Shown piece after piece: positions 47,737-57,522 of a DNA stretch of 64,000 nucleotides (positions are counted from its first letter, which is position 1; each line of letters starts with the position of its first letter). The DNA lies in IMG/VR virus record IMGVR_UViG_3300021961_000023, one strand, 5' to 3'. The stretch comes from a virus. The notes beneath the pieces are model-generated. The model saw only the letters and a list, made by a program, of their open reading frames with translations, ran no database searches and was not told where the DNA came from. The translations under genes and the position numbers were made by a program.

Positions 47737-48843
47737 ATGACTCGCGTGAACAACAACCAACTGATTGAAGATCTGATCAGCGTCTATGGAACTGAGTTGA
47801 CTGCTGCAGACGTAAAAGGTTATTGTGCTTCTAAGGGTATTTCTTACCCCACTGTTACTCGTCGTCTTGAGCAATATAAAACCTCTCGTGGTCGTTGGAA
47901 TCTGGAGGTCACTCAAGATAAAGTTGAACAGATTGAACGTTCTTTTAGTGCCCCCTCTGTGCTTCCTGTTGTGCAACAAAACCTTATTCCTGAAAAAGAC
48001 AACACCTTTGTCGCATTTGGTAACTTCACTGATGTGAAGAAAATCATCAAGTCTGGTATTTTTTATCCGACGTTTATTACTGGTCTTTCTGGTAACGGTA
48101 AAACGTTCAGTGTGGAGCAGGCATGTGCTCAACTGGGTCGGGAACTGATCCGTGTAAATATCACCATCGAAACTGATGAAGATGATTTGATCGGTGGTTT
48201 TCGTCTTGTTGATGGTAACACTGCATGGCATAACGGTCCTGTGATTGAGGCACTTGAACGCGGTGCTATTCTGTTGCTGGATGAGATTGACCTTGCATCT
48301 AACAAGATTCTTTGTCTCCAGTCCATTCTGGAAGGTAAAGGTGTGTTTCTTAAAAAGATTGGCAAGTGGGTTAAACCCGCTCCTGGTTTCAACGTGATCG
48401 CCACCGCAAACACCAAGGGTAAGGGTTCTGATGATGGTCGTTTCATCGGCACCAACGTTCTCAACGAAGCATTCCTTGAGCGTTTTCCTGTGACCTTTGA
48501 GCAAGAGTATCCCTCTGCTACAAATGAATATAAGATCCTCTACAAAGTTGCTGCACCTCTTGGAGTTACTGATCTTGACTTCTGCAAGCGTCTTGTGGAC
48601 TGGGCAGACATTATCCGTAAAACCTTCTATGATGGTGGTATCGATGAAATCATTAGCACTCGCCGCCTTGTTCATGTGATTCGTGCTTATAGCATCTTCC
48701 AGGATAAAGCAAAAGCAATTCAAATCTGTCTCAATCGTTTTGATGATGAAACTAAACAGTCCTTCTTGGAACTGTATGACAAAGTTGATGCTGATTTCCA
48801 ACTTCCTACTACTGAACAAGTTGACCAGGAAGCACCTTTCTGA
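47737..48843 (+). CDS. cobS: CobS-like MoxR AAA+ ATPase
   Basis: GLSGNGKT, LLLDEID, ATANTKG, LNEAFLERF, STRRL. Confidence 0.9.
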   Translation: MTRVNNNQLIEDLISVYGTELTAADVKGYCASKGISYPTVTRRLEQYKTSRGRWNLEVTQDKVEQIERSFSAPSVLPVVQQNLIPEKDNTFVAFGNFTDVKKIIKSGIFYPTFITGLSGNGKTFSVEQACAQLGRELIRVNITIETDEDDLIGGFRLVDGNTAWHNGPVIEALERGAILLLDEIDLASNKILCLQSILEGKGVFLKKIGKWVKPAPGFNVIATANTKGKGSDDGRFIGTNVLNEAFLERFPVTFEQEYPSATNEYKILYKVAAPLGVTDLDFCKRLVDWADIIRKTFYDGGIDEIISTRRLVHVIRAYSIFQDKAKAIQICLNRFDDETKQSFLELYDKVDADFQLPTTEQVDQEAPF

Positions 48844-48849
48844 TATGAT
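48821..48849 (+). promoter_or_regulatory. sigma70-type promoter
   Basis: TTGACC-N17-TATGAT with TGn extension, overlapping the cobS 3' end. Confidence 0.7.
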
Positions 48850-48880
48850 TGGGGGAGGTTAATATGACTTCTTCCTTATC

Positions 48881-49282
48881 ATGTTTGGTCCAGAAGATGA
48901 ACAAAATTTAGTTCAAAATCATTCAACAACTTTTACTATTTCTTCTTTGAGTACTATGTCTGAATCCAAAAATCATCTTTGGAAATACAATGAAGATAAA
49001 ATCCTGAAAGATATTGAGGATTATGTGACTTCTACTTATGGTAGTCACTATTGCGGTCACAATCAGCAATACAAAGACACGCAAACGATTGATCTGATGG
49101 CAGCAAAAGACCTTGCAGCACATTTCTGTCAGGCAAATATCCTGAAGTATGGGAGTCGCTATGGTGACAAGGATGGGCGTAACAAGCGTGATCTACTGAA
49201 AGTTATTCACTACGCTATGCTGCTTCTTCATTTTGATGGTCATTATTCTCGTAAGGATAATGGTCTGACAGAATTCCGTTGA
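48881..49282 (+). CDS. DUF3310-like protein (start may be 48956)
   Basis: HY..., FCQANILKY.SRYG.K, DLLK..HY pattern. Confidence 0.7.
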   Translation: MFGPEDEQNLVQNHSTTFTISSLSTMSESKNHLWKYNEDKILKDIEDYVTSTYGSHYCGHNQQYKDTQTIDLMAAKDLAAHFCQANILKYGSRYGDKDGRNKRDLLKVIHYAMLLLHFDGHYSRKDNGLTEFR

Positions 49283-49305
49283 TTATGAAACTTAAACCAA
49301 AAACT

Positions 49306-49971
49306 ATGAAACTTTCTGAAAAAACTGTCTCCCTTCTTAAGAACTTTTCCTCGATTAATCAATCGTTGCTCTTTAAGAAGGGTAACTCTCTTCGTACCAT
49401 TTCTCTTGCAAAGAATATTCTTGCTGAAGCAGAACTGGAAGATGAGATCCCTCAAGACTTTGCCATTTATGATCTCAACCAATTTCTAAATGGTTTGTCT
49501 CTGCATCAAAGCCCAGAACTTGATTTTCAAAATGAAGGTCATGTTGTAATCCGTGAAGGTAAGATGCGTTCCAAATACTTCTTTGCGGATCCTAGCGTAA
49601 TCACCACTCCTCCTGATAAGGAAATCAATCTACCAAGTGAAGATGCTTGTTTCGTTCTGAAGACTCAAGAACTGGATAAACTTATTAAAGCAGCAGCAAT
49701 CTATCAACTTCCTGATCTTTCTGTGATTGGAGAAAACGGAGTTGTGAAACTTGTTGTTCGTGATAAGAAAAACGAAACTTCTAATGATTTTTCTATTATT
49801 GTTGGAGAAACTGAATCAAACTTCATTTTCAATTTCAAGGTAGAAAATATTAAGATTCTTCCTGGAACATATGAGGTTGTTGTCTCTAGTAAACTCCTTT
49901 CTCGTTTTGAAAGTTCTGATAGGAAGCTGGTTTACTTTATTGCTCTTGAACCTGATTCTACCTTCGGATGA
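49306..49971 (+). CDS. gp45: Sliding clamp gp45
   Basis: MKLSEKT..LLKNFSSINQS, FAIYDLNQFL, YFIALE. Confidence 0.95.
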   Translation: MKLSEKTVSLLKNFSSINQSLLFKKGNSLRTISLAKNILAEAELEDEIPQDFAIYDLNQFLNGLSLHQSPELDFQNEGHVVIREGKMRSKYFFADPSVITTPPDKEINLPSEDACFVLKTQELDKLIKAAAIYQLPDLSVIGENGVVKLVVRDKKNETSNDFSIIVGETESNFIFNFKVENIKILPGTYEVVVSSKLLSRFESSDRKLVYFIALEPDSTFG

Positions 49972-50132
49972 TGCCTAAGTGGGAAATTACATACCGTGTT
50001 CCCACCATGGGTACACGGTATCTTACTAGAGTTGTAGACGCTCAATATCAATGGGAAGCAAAAAAACTTTTTGAAGCAGAAGTTCCGTCTGCTACAGTGT
50101 GTGGTAATCCAAGACGAGTTCCTTTCACTTAA
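49971..50132 (+). CDS. 53-aa hypothetical protein (not in ORF track)
   Basis: MPKWEITYRVPTMGTRYLTRVVDAQYQWEAKKLFEAEVPSATVCGNPRRVPFT; fills the gap and is coupled to the gp45 stop. Confidence 0.7.
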   Translation: MPKWEITYRVPTMGTRYLTRVVDAQYQWEAKKLFEAEVPSATVCGNPRRVPFT

Positions 50133-50134
50133 AA

Positions 50135-50344
50135 ATGAACAAGTTTAGATCGGGTGACTGTGTAAAGTTTGTCTCTTATTCTACAGAGCAAGTTAACTGG
50201 GGTGGAAATGATGACCCCATAAAAGTTCTTACTATGGAAGGAACGTATACAATTGAAACGGTTGATGTACATTCTCAGCATACTAAAGTAACATTAGAAG
50301 GTATCACTGGTAGATTTAACTCAGTTCACTTTAAAAAAGTCTAA
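50135..50344 (+). CDS. Hypothetical protein
   Basis: Tightly packed ORF ending FNSVHF. Confidence 0.7.
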   Translation: MNKFRSGDCVKFVSYSTEQVNWGGNDDPIKVLTMEGTYTIETVDVHSQHTKVTLEGITGRFNSVHFKKV

Positions 50345-50856
50345 TGAACATCTTTGTAACTTCTCCTTGGCCTGCTGAAAGTGCTGTATGTCTTCCTGAT
50401 AAACACATTGTCAAGATGCCATTAGAGTGTTGTCAAATGCTTTCTATTGTAGCATCTGAAAAATGGGGTCATGGTTATGGTACTTTGCCTAAGACTGATG
50501 GAACTCCATATAAAACTGAAAAAGGTGCGTTTCGTAATCATCCCTGCACTAAATGGGCAATGGATAGTATCCACAATGCATATTGGTTGATTAAGTGGGG
50601 TCTTAACTTGTCTGATGAGTACGCCCTACGCTATAATAAAACGCACTCCTGTTACAAGACTCTTGTAGATGCTTATTATCTTTTCCCCAAAGGAAAGATA
50701 ACTGAAGTGACTCCATTTGCTAGGGCGATGCCTGAAGAATGGAAATTTGATGATAGCATTGATACCTTTACTGCTTATAAAAGGTACATTGCTTCAAAAC
50801 CTTGGGTGAAGGATAACTACCTTCGTATGCCTGAGCGTAAACCTAACTGGATTTGA
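50344..50856 (+). CDS. Pyrimidine-dimer DNA glycosylase (DenV-like) family protein
   Basis: MNIF...DKHIVKMPLE..QMLS, NHPCTKW, EY..RY.K.H pattern. Confidence 0.65.
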   Translation: MNIFVTSPWPAESAVCLPDKHIVKMPLECCQMLSIVASEKWGHGYGTLPKTDGTPYKTEKGAFRNHPCTKWAMDSIHNAYWLIKWGLNLSDEYALRYNKTHSCYKTLVDAYYLFPKGKITEVTPFARAMPEEWKFDDSIDTFTAYKRYIASKPWVKDNYLRMPERKPNWI

Positions 50857-50858
50857 TT

Positions 50859-51803
50859 ATGAACAGTGATTTTATTTGGGTTGAAAAGTATCGCCCTAAG
50901 ACGATTGATGATTGCATTCTTCCCGAAAGTATTAAGAAAACCTTTACTGACTTTCTAAATAAGGGAGAAATTCCAAATATGCTTCTTGCTGGACCTCCTG
51001 GTATTGGCAAGACAACTGTAGCAAAAGCACTTTGTAACGAGTTGGGAGTAGATGTTTATGTCATCAATGGATCCGACGAAGGTAGATTCCTCGATACTGT
51101 CCGAAACAATGCGAAAAACTTCGCTTCGACCGTTTCGCTTTCGTCAGATGCTAAACACAAAGTCATCATCATTGATGAGGCAGATAACACAACCAACGAT
51201 GTACAACTCTTACTACGGGCGTCTATTGAGGAGTTTGCTGGTAACTGTCGATTCATCTTCACCTGCAACTATAAAAACAAAATCATCGAACCTCTCCACT
51301 CTCGATGTGCAGTCGTTGACTTCAATGTTCAAGGAAAAGAAAAGGCAAACATTGCTGCAAGTTTTTATGGACGCCTTCAAGATATCCTACAGAAAGAAGG
51401 TGTAGAGTATGAACAAAAAGTACTGGCAGAACTTATTAACAAACATTTTCCAGATTGGAGAAGGGTTCTTAACGAGTGTCAACGGTATTCAGTGGGAGGA
51501 AAAATTGACTCGGCAATTCTTGCATCTTTCTCAGACATCTCTGTAAATGAACTAATCAAAAAACTGAAGGAAAAAGATTTTCCTGCTGTTCGTAAATGGG
51601 TTGTTAATAATCTAGATAACGACCCCAGTGTTCTCCTACGTCGAGTTTATGATGCTCTGCAAACGTCTGTTGATGGTCCTTCTCTTGCTGCTGCTGTCCT
51701 TGTAATCGCAAAGTATCAGTATCAGATCGCTTTTGTTGCTGATCAAGAGATCAATCTTCTGGCAGCACTTACTGAAATCATGGTGGAGTGTAACTTTAAA
51801 TGA
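50859..51803 (+). CDS. gp44: Clamp loader large subunit gp44
   Basis: WVEKYRP, GPPGIGKTT, IIDEAD, PLHSRC. Confidence 0.97.
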   Translation: MNSDFIWVEKYRPKTIDDCILPESIKKTFTDFLNKGEIPNMLLAGPPGIGKTTVAKALCNELGVDVYVINGSDEGRFLDTVRNNAKNFASTVSLSSDAKHKVIIIDEADNTTNDVQLLLRASIEEFAGNCRFIFTCNYKNKIIEPLHSRCAVVDFNVQGKEKANIAASFYGRLQDILQKEGVEYEQKVLAELINKHFPDWRRVLNECQRYSVGGKIDSAILASFSDISVNELIKKLKEKDFPAVRKWVVNNLDNDPSVLLRRVYDALQTSVDGPSLAAAVLVIAKYQYQIAFVADQEINLLAALTEIMVECNFK

Positions 51804-52480
51804 TGCAACTTGATTTTGAAGAAGTTTGGAAACCAGTTATTATCGCTGGTAAAGAAACTTCATGGTATTCCATTTCTAACTATGGGAGACTTGTATCTCA
51901 CTTGAAAAAACAATCAACTGTTTGTTCTCGTGATAGTCTTGGTAGGATTGTAAAGGGTGGATCAATCAGTAACTATTTTGTTGATCCATCTTACAGAAAA
52001 GATATTAAGTTTAGTCTTGCGAAGCATAAAGATGGAACTGTAAAATCAATCTACAAGAAGTTACACTTACCTGTTGATTTTTTTCAAGGCACATATCTTG
52101 AGAATGAGGAGTTTTATAAACCAAGTGAAACTACAATCAAGTATCATGCAAATGCTCATCAACTAGTAATGTGGGCATTCCGCCCTATTGATAAGTATCC
52201 ACCTGAACGTTTAGCACATTGTTGGAATGCTTTGCCAGAGGATGCAAAGCAATGGATAAGTGAATGTGTTATAATCAATCATATTAAGCATGATCCAACT
52301 CAAAACTGGATGTGTGCTGATGGTCCTCATCCACAAGATTCTCTAGAGTATTGCACTCCTGGTGAAAATACTAGAAAAGCAAAAGAGTTCTATGGCGGTA
52401 ATCATGCTAATAAAGGAAAACTAGTTCAGTTAAACTCTGAAGAAAAACTGAATCCACTTAAACTATTATTGTATTCTTGA
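51800..52480 (+). mobile_element. Free-standing NUMOD4 + HNH-like homing endonuclease gene
   Basis: EEVWKPV...YSISNYGR (NUMOD4); AHQLVMWAF, INHI..D...N, LEYCT..EN (HNH-like). Confidence 0.7.
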
Positions 52481-52482
52481 TC

Positions 52483-53328
52483 ATGAAATCTTTGAAAACA
52501 CCATTGCGTTACCCTGGAGGTAAGTCTCGTGCTTGTGAAAAGATGGGACCTTACTTTCCAGACCTTCGTAACTATGATGAGTTCCGAGAACCATTTCTTG
52601 GTGGTGGAAGTGTTGCGATTTATATCACAAAGAAGTATCCTTTCCTAGATATTTGGGTGAATGATCTTTATGAACCACTGGTAAACTTCTGGCAACAACT
52701 CCAGATGTTTGGCACAGATCTTAAAGATAAACTTGTAGATCTTAAGACAGATAATAATACTCCAGTCCTGGCAAAAGAACTTTTTCTTAAAGCAAAGGAG
52801 CAAGTTAATGACAAAGATTTGCCAAGCATTGATCGTGCTGTGGCTTTCTATGTTGTCAATAAGTGCAGTTTCTCTGGTCTTACAGAGAGTTCATCATTTT
52901 CACCACAAGCATCTAACTCCAACTTTAGTTTGCGAGGGATCGAAAAACTGCCTTCGTATTCTACGCTGATTAAAAAATGGCGTATAACTAACTATTCCTA
53001 CGATTATCTCATGGATGGAAACAAGGGTGCTTTTATGTATCTCGATCCTCCTTATGACATTAAGGATAATCTCTATGGGAACAAGGGATCAATGCACAAA
53101 AGATTTGATCACGATAAGTTTGCTGCTGACTGCGATGCTAACGATATGGACCAGTTGGTAAGTTATAACTCTGATCAACTTGTAAAAAATCGTTTTCTTG
53201 GTGGGAAATGGAACGCTGTCGAGTTTGATTTAACTTATACGATGCGTTCAGTTGGTGAATATATGCGTGAGCAAAAACAACGTAAAGAACTTCTACTTTT
53301 TAATTATGGACTTGAAGGATTGGCTTAA
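52483..53328 (+). CDS. dam: DNA adenine methyltransferase (Dam-like)
   Basis: LRYPGGKS, EPFLGGGSV, YLDPPY. Confidence 0.92.
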   Translation: MKSLKTPLRYPGGKSRACEKMGPYFPDLRNYDEFREPFLGGGSVAIYITKKYPFLDIWVNDLYEPLVNFWQQLQMFGTDLKDKLVDLKTDNNTPVLAKELFLKAKEQVNDKDLPSIDRAVAFYVVNKCSFSGLTESSSFSPQASNSNFSLRGIEKLPSYSTLIKKWRITNYSYDYLMDGNKGAFMYLDPPYDIKDNLYGNKGSMHKRFDHDKFAADCDANDMDQLVSYNSDQLVKNRFLGGKWNAVEFDLTYTMRSVGEYMREQKQRKELLLFNYGLEGLA

Positions 53329-53686
53329 CTCTATCAATCACACAAAGCAAAATCTGATTGAAGAAGATCCCACATTAATCAAACAATATCCACCCTTTAT
53401 TGTTAATAAATGCCTATCTGGATTTGTTGATACAGTTCTTTATGCGAATGAAATGAATAAGTATCATTTCTTAGATAAAGATATGCAATATTCTTTTTTG
53501 CTAAATAGTCTGAGGAAGCGTAAGAGATTTTCTCCTTGGCTCCGAAAAGATAAAATTGAAGATCTTGAAAGTATCAAAACTTACTATGGATATAGTAATG
53601 AAAAGGCACTACAAGTTCTAGAAATCTTATCTCGTCAACAAATCGATTTTATTAAGAAAAAACTTGACATTGGTGGAAAAAAATGA
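53306..53686 (+). CDS. gp62: Clamp loader small subunit gp62
   Basis: DWLNSIN, YPPFIVNKCLS, RKRKRFSPW, YYGYSNEKA. Confidence 0.93.
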   Translation: MDLKDWLNSINHTKQNLIEEDPTLIKQYPPFIVNKCLSGFVDTVLYANEMNKYHFLDKDMQYSFLLNSLRKRKRFSPWLRKDKIEDLESIKTYYGYSNEKALQVLEILSRQQIDFIKKKLDIGGKK

Positions 53687-54117
53687 CTAGCTCTATTGAA
53701 CCTCAGGTCGATTGGTCTCCTGAACTTATGGTTGAGGTGAATCTGAACGAACCTGATGATTTCCTTAAAATTCGTGAGACTCTTACTAGAATCGGAGTCG
53801 CATCAAGAAAGGAGAAAAAACTCTATCAATCCTGCCACATTCTACACAAGCAGGGTAGATATTATATTGTTCACTTTAAAGAACTGTTTGCCTTGGATGG
53901 TAAACATGCAAATCTGACTGTGAATGACGTTCAAAGACGTAATCGTATCACTCGTCTCCTTGTTGATTGGGGACTGATTAGTGTTACTTCTGAAGAATCT
54001 ATTATGGATATCGCACCACTTAATCAGATTAAAGTTCTTTCCTATAAAGATAAGGGTGATTGGATTCTGGAACCGAAATACAATATTGGTAAGAAGACTA
54101 AAAAGGTTGACGAGTAA
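53683..54117 (+). CDS. regA: Translational repressor RegA
   Basis: PDDFLKIRETLTRIGVAS, LYQSCHILHKQGRYYIVHFKELF. Confidence 0.97.
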   Translation: MTSSIEPQVDWSPELMVEVNLNEPDDFLKIRETLTRIGVASRKEKKLYQSCHILHKQGRYYIVHFKELFALDGKHANLTVNDVQRRNRITRLLVDWGLISVTSEESIMDIAPLNQIKVLSYKDKGDWILEPKYNIGKKTKKVDE

Positions 54118-54132
54118 ACCGAATAATAAAGT

Positions 54133-54157
54133 AGGGAGTTCAACACTCCCTTTTTTT
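54133..54157 (+). terminator. Rho-independent terminator
   Basis: AGGGAGT-TCAAC-ACTCCCT followed by a T run. Confidence 0.85.
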
Positions 54158-54178
54158 ATGTTTGTTGTATAATTAGTA

Positions 54179-54233
54179 GTGGATGCCGTAAGGGTCCACA
54201 CAACACAAACTCGCTTTTAAAGGAGCTACTATA
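54179..54233 (+). promoter_or_regulatory. Structured hsp20 leader, ROSE-like RNA thermometer candidate
   Basis: TATAAT at 54168; GNRA hairpin at 54179-54199; TCGCT pairs with the AAGGAG SD leaving a bulged G. Confidence 0.55.
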
Positions 54234-54668
54234 ATGACTAACCTCACAAGGTATACTGCTGCGGATCTTCCTACTCTAATGGAAAAGATCACACGCAACT
54301 CTATTGGAATGGATGAATATTTTGACCGTCTGTTTCATCTACATGAAACAACTTCCAATTATCCCCCATACAACCTTGTTCAAGTAAGTAACGTAGAATC
54401 GAGACTTGAACTAGCACTTGCTGGATTTAAAAAGAAGGAGGTCTATGTCTATACACAAGATGGGAAACTATTTGTCGAAGGACAAAAAGAGGATAAGGAA
54501 TCCGACACCAACTACCTCCATAAGGGATTGGCTCAACGATCTTTCAAGAGAGCATGGACAATGGCAGACGATACAGAAGTCACAGATGTATCCTTTGAAG
54601 ATGGACTCCTCTCTATCATCATAAGGAAGATTGTTCCAGAACATCACAAACGCAAAGATTACCTATAA
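54234..54668 (+). CDS. hsp20: Small heat shock protein Hsp20
   Basis: YPPYN, LALAGF, YLHKGLAQRSF, FEDGLLSI. Confidence 0.95.
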   Translation: MTNLTRYTAADLPTLMEKITRNSIGMDEYFDRLFHLHETTSNYPPYNLVQVSNVESRLELALAGFKKKEVYVYTQDGKLFVEGQKEDKESDTNYLHKGLAQRSFKRAWTMADDTEVTDVSFEDGLLSIIIRKIVPEHHKRKDYL

Positions 54669-54699
54669 ATATATTTGAATATCGTCGGCGCAATGCCAC

Positions 54700-54752
54700 A
54701 GAGGGGTAACTGGCAAAATCCAGTTGACACCCCTCTTTTTTCTTGCTATGAT
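54700..54752 (+). terminator. Terminator hairpin with embedded sigma70 promoter
   Basis: AGAGGGGT-AACTGG..CCAGTT-GAC-ACCCCTCT-T run; TTGACA(54724)-N17-TATGAT(54747). Confidence 0.8.
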
Positions 54753-54772
54753 ATCTGAAGGAGGATTATGCT

Positions 54773-55024
54773 ATGGACCCAAACTTGTTGATTTTTGAGA
54801 ACGGACTTGTTCTCTTGGCTAGGTTAGAAGAGACTGGTGCAGATCTCGGAGAACCAGATTGTAAGATTGTAGAACCTTTTGTAGTTAATCCAAACGGAAC
54901 TTTAAGTCCGTGGTTGATTGAATACACAGTACAGAACACTTTTAAAGTACACTCGGATAAGATTTTAACGATCTCTTCTCCGAATGAAAAACTTCTGCAA
55001 ACTTATAGGGATTTGACTAAGTGA
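54773..55024 (+). CDS. Conserved hypothetical protein
   Basis: GEPDCKIVEPF, HSDKILT; strong SD (GAGG); upstream of gp43. Confidence 0.8.
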   Translation: MDPNLLIFENGLVLLARLEETGADLGEPDCKIVEPFVVNPNGTLSPWLIEYTVQNTFKVHSDKILTISSPNEKLLQTYRDLTK

Positions 55025-57522
55025 GATTTTATACAAATGTTCAAATGATCGGGAACCAGTTTTTGGTTCGCGGATATGATAATGGTGAACATGTAATGTT
55101 TCGGGAAGAATATTCCCCAACATTGTTTGTACCTTCAAAGAAGAAAACAAAGTATAAAACACTAGAAGGTGATTATGTGGAACCTATTCAACCAGGTTCT
55201 GTAAATGATTGTAGAGAGTTCTATAAAAAGTATGACGGAGTAGAAGGATTCAAGATATACGGAAACGATAGATACGTTTGTCAGTACATCTCAGACAAAT
55301 ATCCAGATGATGAAATTAAGTTTGATATCAACAAAATCAAACTAGTTACTCTGGACATTGAAACTACTTCCGAACAAGGATTTCCCGACATTTCAAATCC
55401 AATCGAAGAACTTCTTTTGATTACGATTCAGGACTATACTACCAAGCAGATCACTACTTGGGGAGTTGGTCCTTTTCGTGCTAGTCAGAGCAATGTTCGA
55501 TACATTGAATGTGAGAATGAGAGAGACTTACTCACTCAGTTTATCAACTGGTGGATGGACACTAACAATACACCAGAAGTATTGACTGGATGGAATATTC
55601 AACTATTTGATATTCCTTATATTGTTCGTCGTCTAGATCGTGTTCTTGGTGAAAAACTGATGAAAAGGTTTTCGCCATGGGGACTTGTATCTGAGAAGGA
55701 GATTTATATTTCTGGTCGTAAATATATCTCTTATGATGTAGGTGGAATCACTCAACTAGATTATCTTGATCTCTATAAGAAGTTTACTTATACAAACCAA
55801 GAATCCTATCGTCTGGATCACATCGCTAATGTAGAACTTGGTGCTCAAAAACTAGATCACTCTGAGTTTGATACTTTTAAAGAGTTCTATACAAAAGGAT
55901 GGAAGAAGTTTGTTGAATACAACATTGTTGACGTAGAACTCGTTGACAAACTAGAAGATAAGATGAAACTTATTGAGTTGGCGCTCACCATGGCGTATGA
56001 CGCAAAGGTTAACTATGTTGATGTGTTTTATCAAGTTCGGATGTGGGATACAATCATTTACAACTATTTGAAGAAAAGGAATATTGTAATCCCACAGAAA
56101 AGCAGTTCTCAGAAAGACGCAAAATATGCTGGTGCTTATGTTAAGGAACCTATTCCAGGAGTGTATGACTGGGTTGTGTCTTTTGACCTCAACTCGCTAT
56201 ACCCTCACCTCATTATGCAGTACAACATCTCACCAGAAACTCTTCTGGAGGAGAGGCATCCAACTGTAACCGTTGATCGTATCTTAAATCAAGAAATCAA
56301 CTTTGAGTTGTATAAAGATCAAGCAGTCTGTGCTAACGGAGCAATGTTCCGTAAGGATGTGCGTGGATTCCTACCTGAACTGATGGAGAAAATCTATAAA
56401 GATCGCACCATCTATAAAAAGAAGATGCTTGCAGCAAAACAGGAATATGAAAAGAAAAAAACGAAAGAACTGGAAAAAGAGATTGCTCGATACAACAACA
56501 TCCAGATGGCAAGGAAGATTCAACTTAACTCTGCTTATGGTGCTATCGGCAATCAGTATTTCCGTTATTACAAACTAGAAAATGCTGAGGCAATCACCTT
56601 GTCTGGTCAGGTATCTATCCGTTGGATTGAGAACAAGATGAATGCCTATTTAAACAAGATTCTCAAAACTGATGGAGTTGATTATGTTATTGCTTCAGAT
56701 ACTGATTCTATCTATCTCAATATGGGTCCTTTGGTTGAACGTGTATTCTCCGAAAGAGAGAAAACTACTGAAGGCGTTGTTTCGTTCCTTGATAAGGTCT
56801 GTCAAGTGGAACTTGAGAAGTATATTGAAGGTTGCTACCAAGAACTGGCTGAGTATGTGAATGCTTATGACCAGAAGATGCAGATGAAGCGTGAGAACAT
56901 TGCTGAACGTGGAATCTGGACCGCCAAGAAGCGTTACATCTTGAATGTTTGGGATAGTGAAGGCGTTCGCTATGAAGAACCTAAACTCAAGATCATGGGT
57001 ATTGAGGCAGTCAAATCATCAACTCCTGCTCCTTGTCGGAAAATGATTAAGGATGCTCTTAAATTGATGATGAATGGGTCTGAAGATGATGTGATTGATT
57101 TTATTGATCAAAGTCGTAAAAAGTTTAAGTCGATGACCCCAGAAGAGATTTCGTTTCCAAGAACATGTTCAAATGTTGGTAAGTATGTTTCTACTTCTAA
57201 CATTTACCAGAAGGGAACTCCTATTCATGTTCGTGGAGCACTTCTTTATAACCACTATCTTAAGCAAAAGAATCTTACCCATAAGTATTCCTTGATTCAA
57301 GATGGAGAAAAAGTAAAGTTTTGCTATCTTAAAAAACCAAACATTATTCATGAAAACATTATCTCTTTCATTCAAGAGTTTCCTAAAGAACTTGGTCTTG
57401 ACAAATACGTTGACTATGAACTACAATTTGACAAAGCATTTTTAGAGCCTCTGAAAATCATTCTTGACGCAATCGGATGGAACGTTGAGAAAACTGTAAA
57501 CCTTGAACTATTTTTTGTGTAA
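55021..57522 (+). CDS. gp43: Family B DNA polymerase gp43
   Basis: DIET exonuclease motif, SFDLNSLYP, KIQLNSAYG, SDTDS, KKRY. Confidence 0.98.
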   Translation: MRFYTNVQMIGNQFLVRGYDNGEHVMFREEYSPTLFVPSKKKTKYKTLEGDYVEPIQPGSVNDCREFYKKYDGVEGFKIYGNDRYVCQYISDKYPDDEIKFDINKIKLVTLDIETTSEQGFPDISNPIEELLLITIQDYTTKQITTWGVGPFRASQSNVRYIECENERDLLTQFINWWMDTNNTPEVLTGWNIQLFDIPYIVRRLDRVLGEKLMKRFSPWGLVSEKEIYISGRKYISYDVGGITQLDYLDLYKKFTYTNQESYRLDHIANVELGAQKLDHSEFDTFKEFYTKGWKKFVEYNIVDVELVDKLEDKMKLIELALTMAYDAKVNYVDVFYQVRMWDTIIYNYLKKRNIVIPQKSSSQKDAKYAGAYVKEPIPGVYDWVVSFDLNSLYPHLIMQYNISPETLLEERHPTVTVDRILNQEINFELYKDQAVCANGAMFRKDVRGFLPELMEKIYKDRTIYKKKMLAAKQEYEKKKTKELEKEIARYNNIQMARKIQLNSAYGAIGNQYFRYYKLENAEAITLSGQVSIRWIENKMNAYLNKILKTDGVDYVIASDTDSIYLNMGPLVERVFSEREKTTEGVVSFLDKVCQVELEKYIEGCYQELAEYVNAYDQKMQMKRENIAERGIWTAKKRYILNVWDSEGVRYEEPKLKIMGIEAVKSSTPAPCRKMIKDALKLMMNGSEDDVIDFIDQSRKKFKSMTPEEISFPRTCSNVGKYVSTSNIYQKGTPIHVRGALLYNHYLKQKNLTHKYSLIQDGEKVKFCYLKKPNIIHENIISFIQEFPKELGLDKYVDYELQFDKAFLEPLKIILDAIGWNVEKTVNLELFFV

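Noticed and set aside
47707-48819. 370-aa antisense ORF over the cobS-like gene
   Set aside because: Mirror-frame shadow of a conserved sense gene; no motifs
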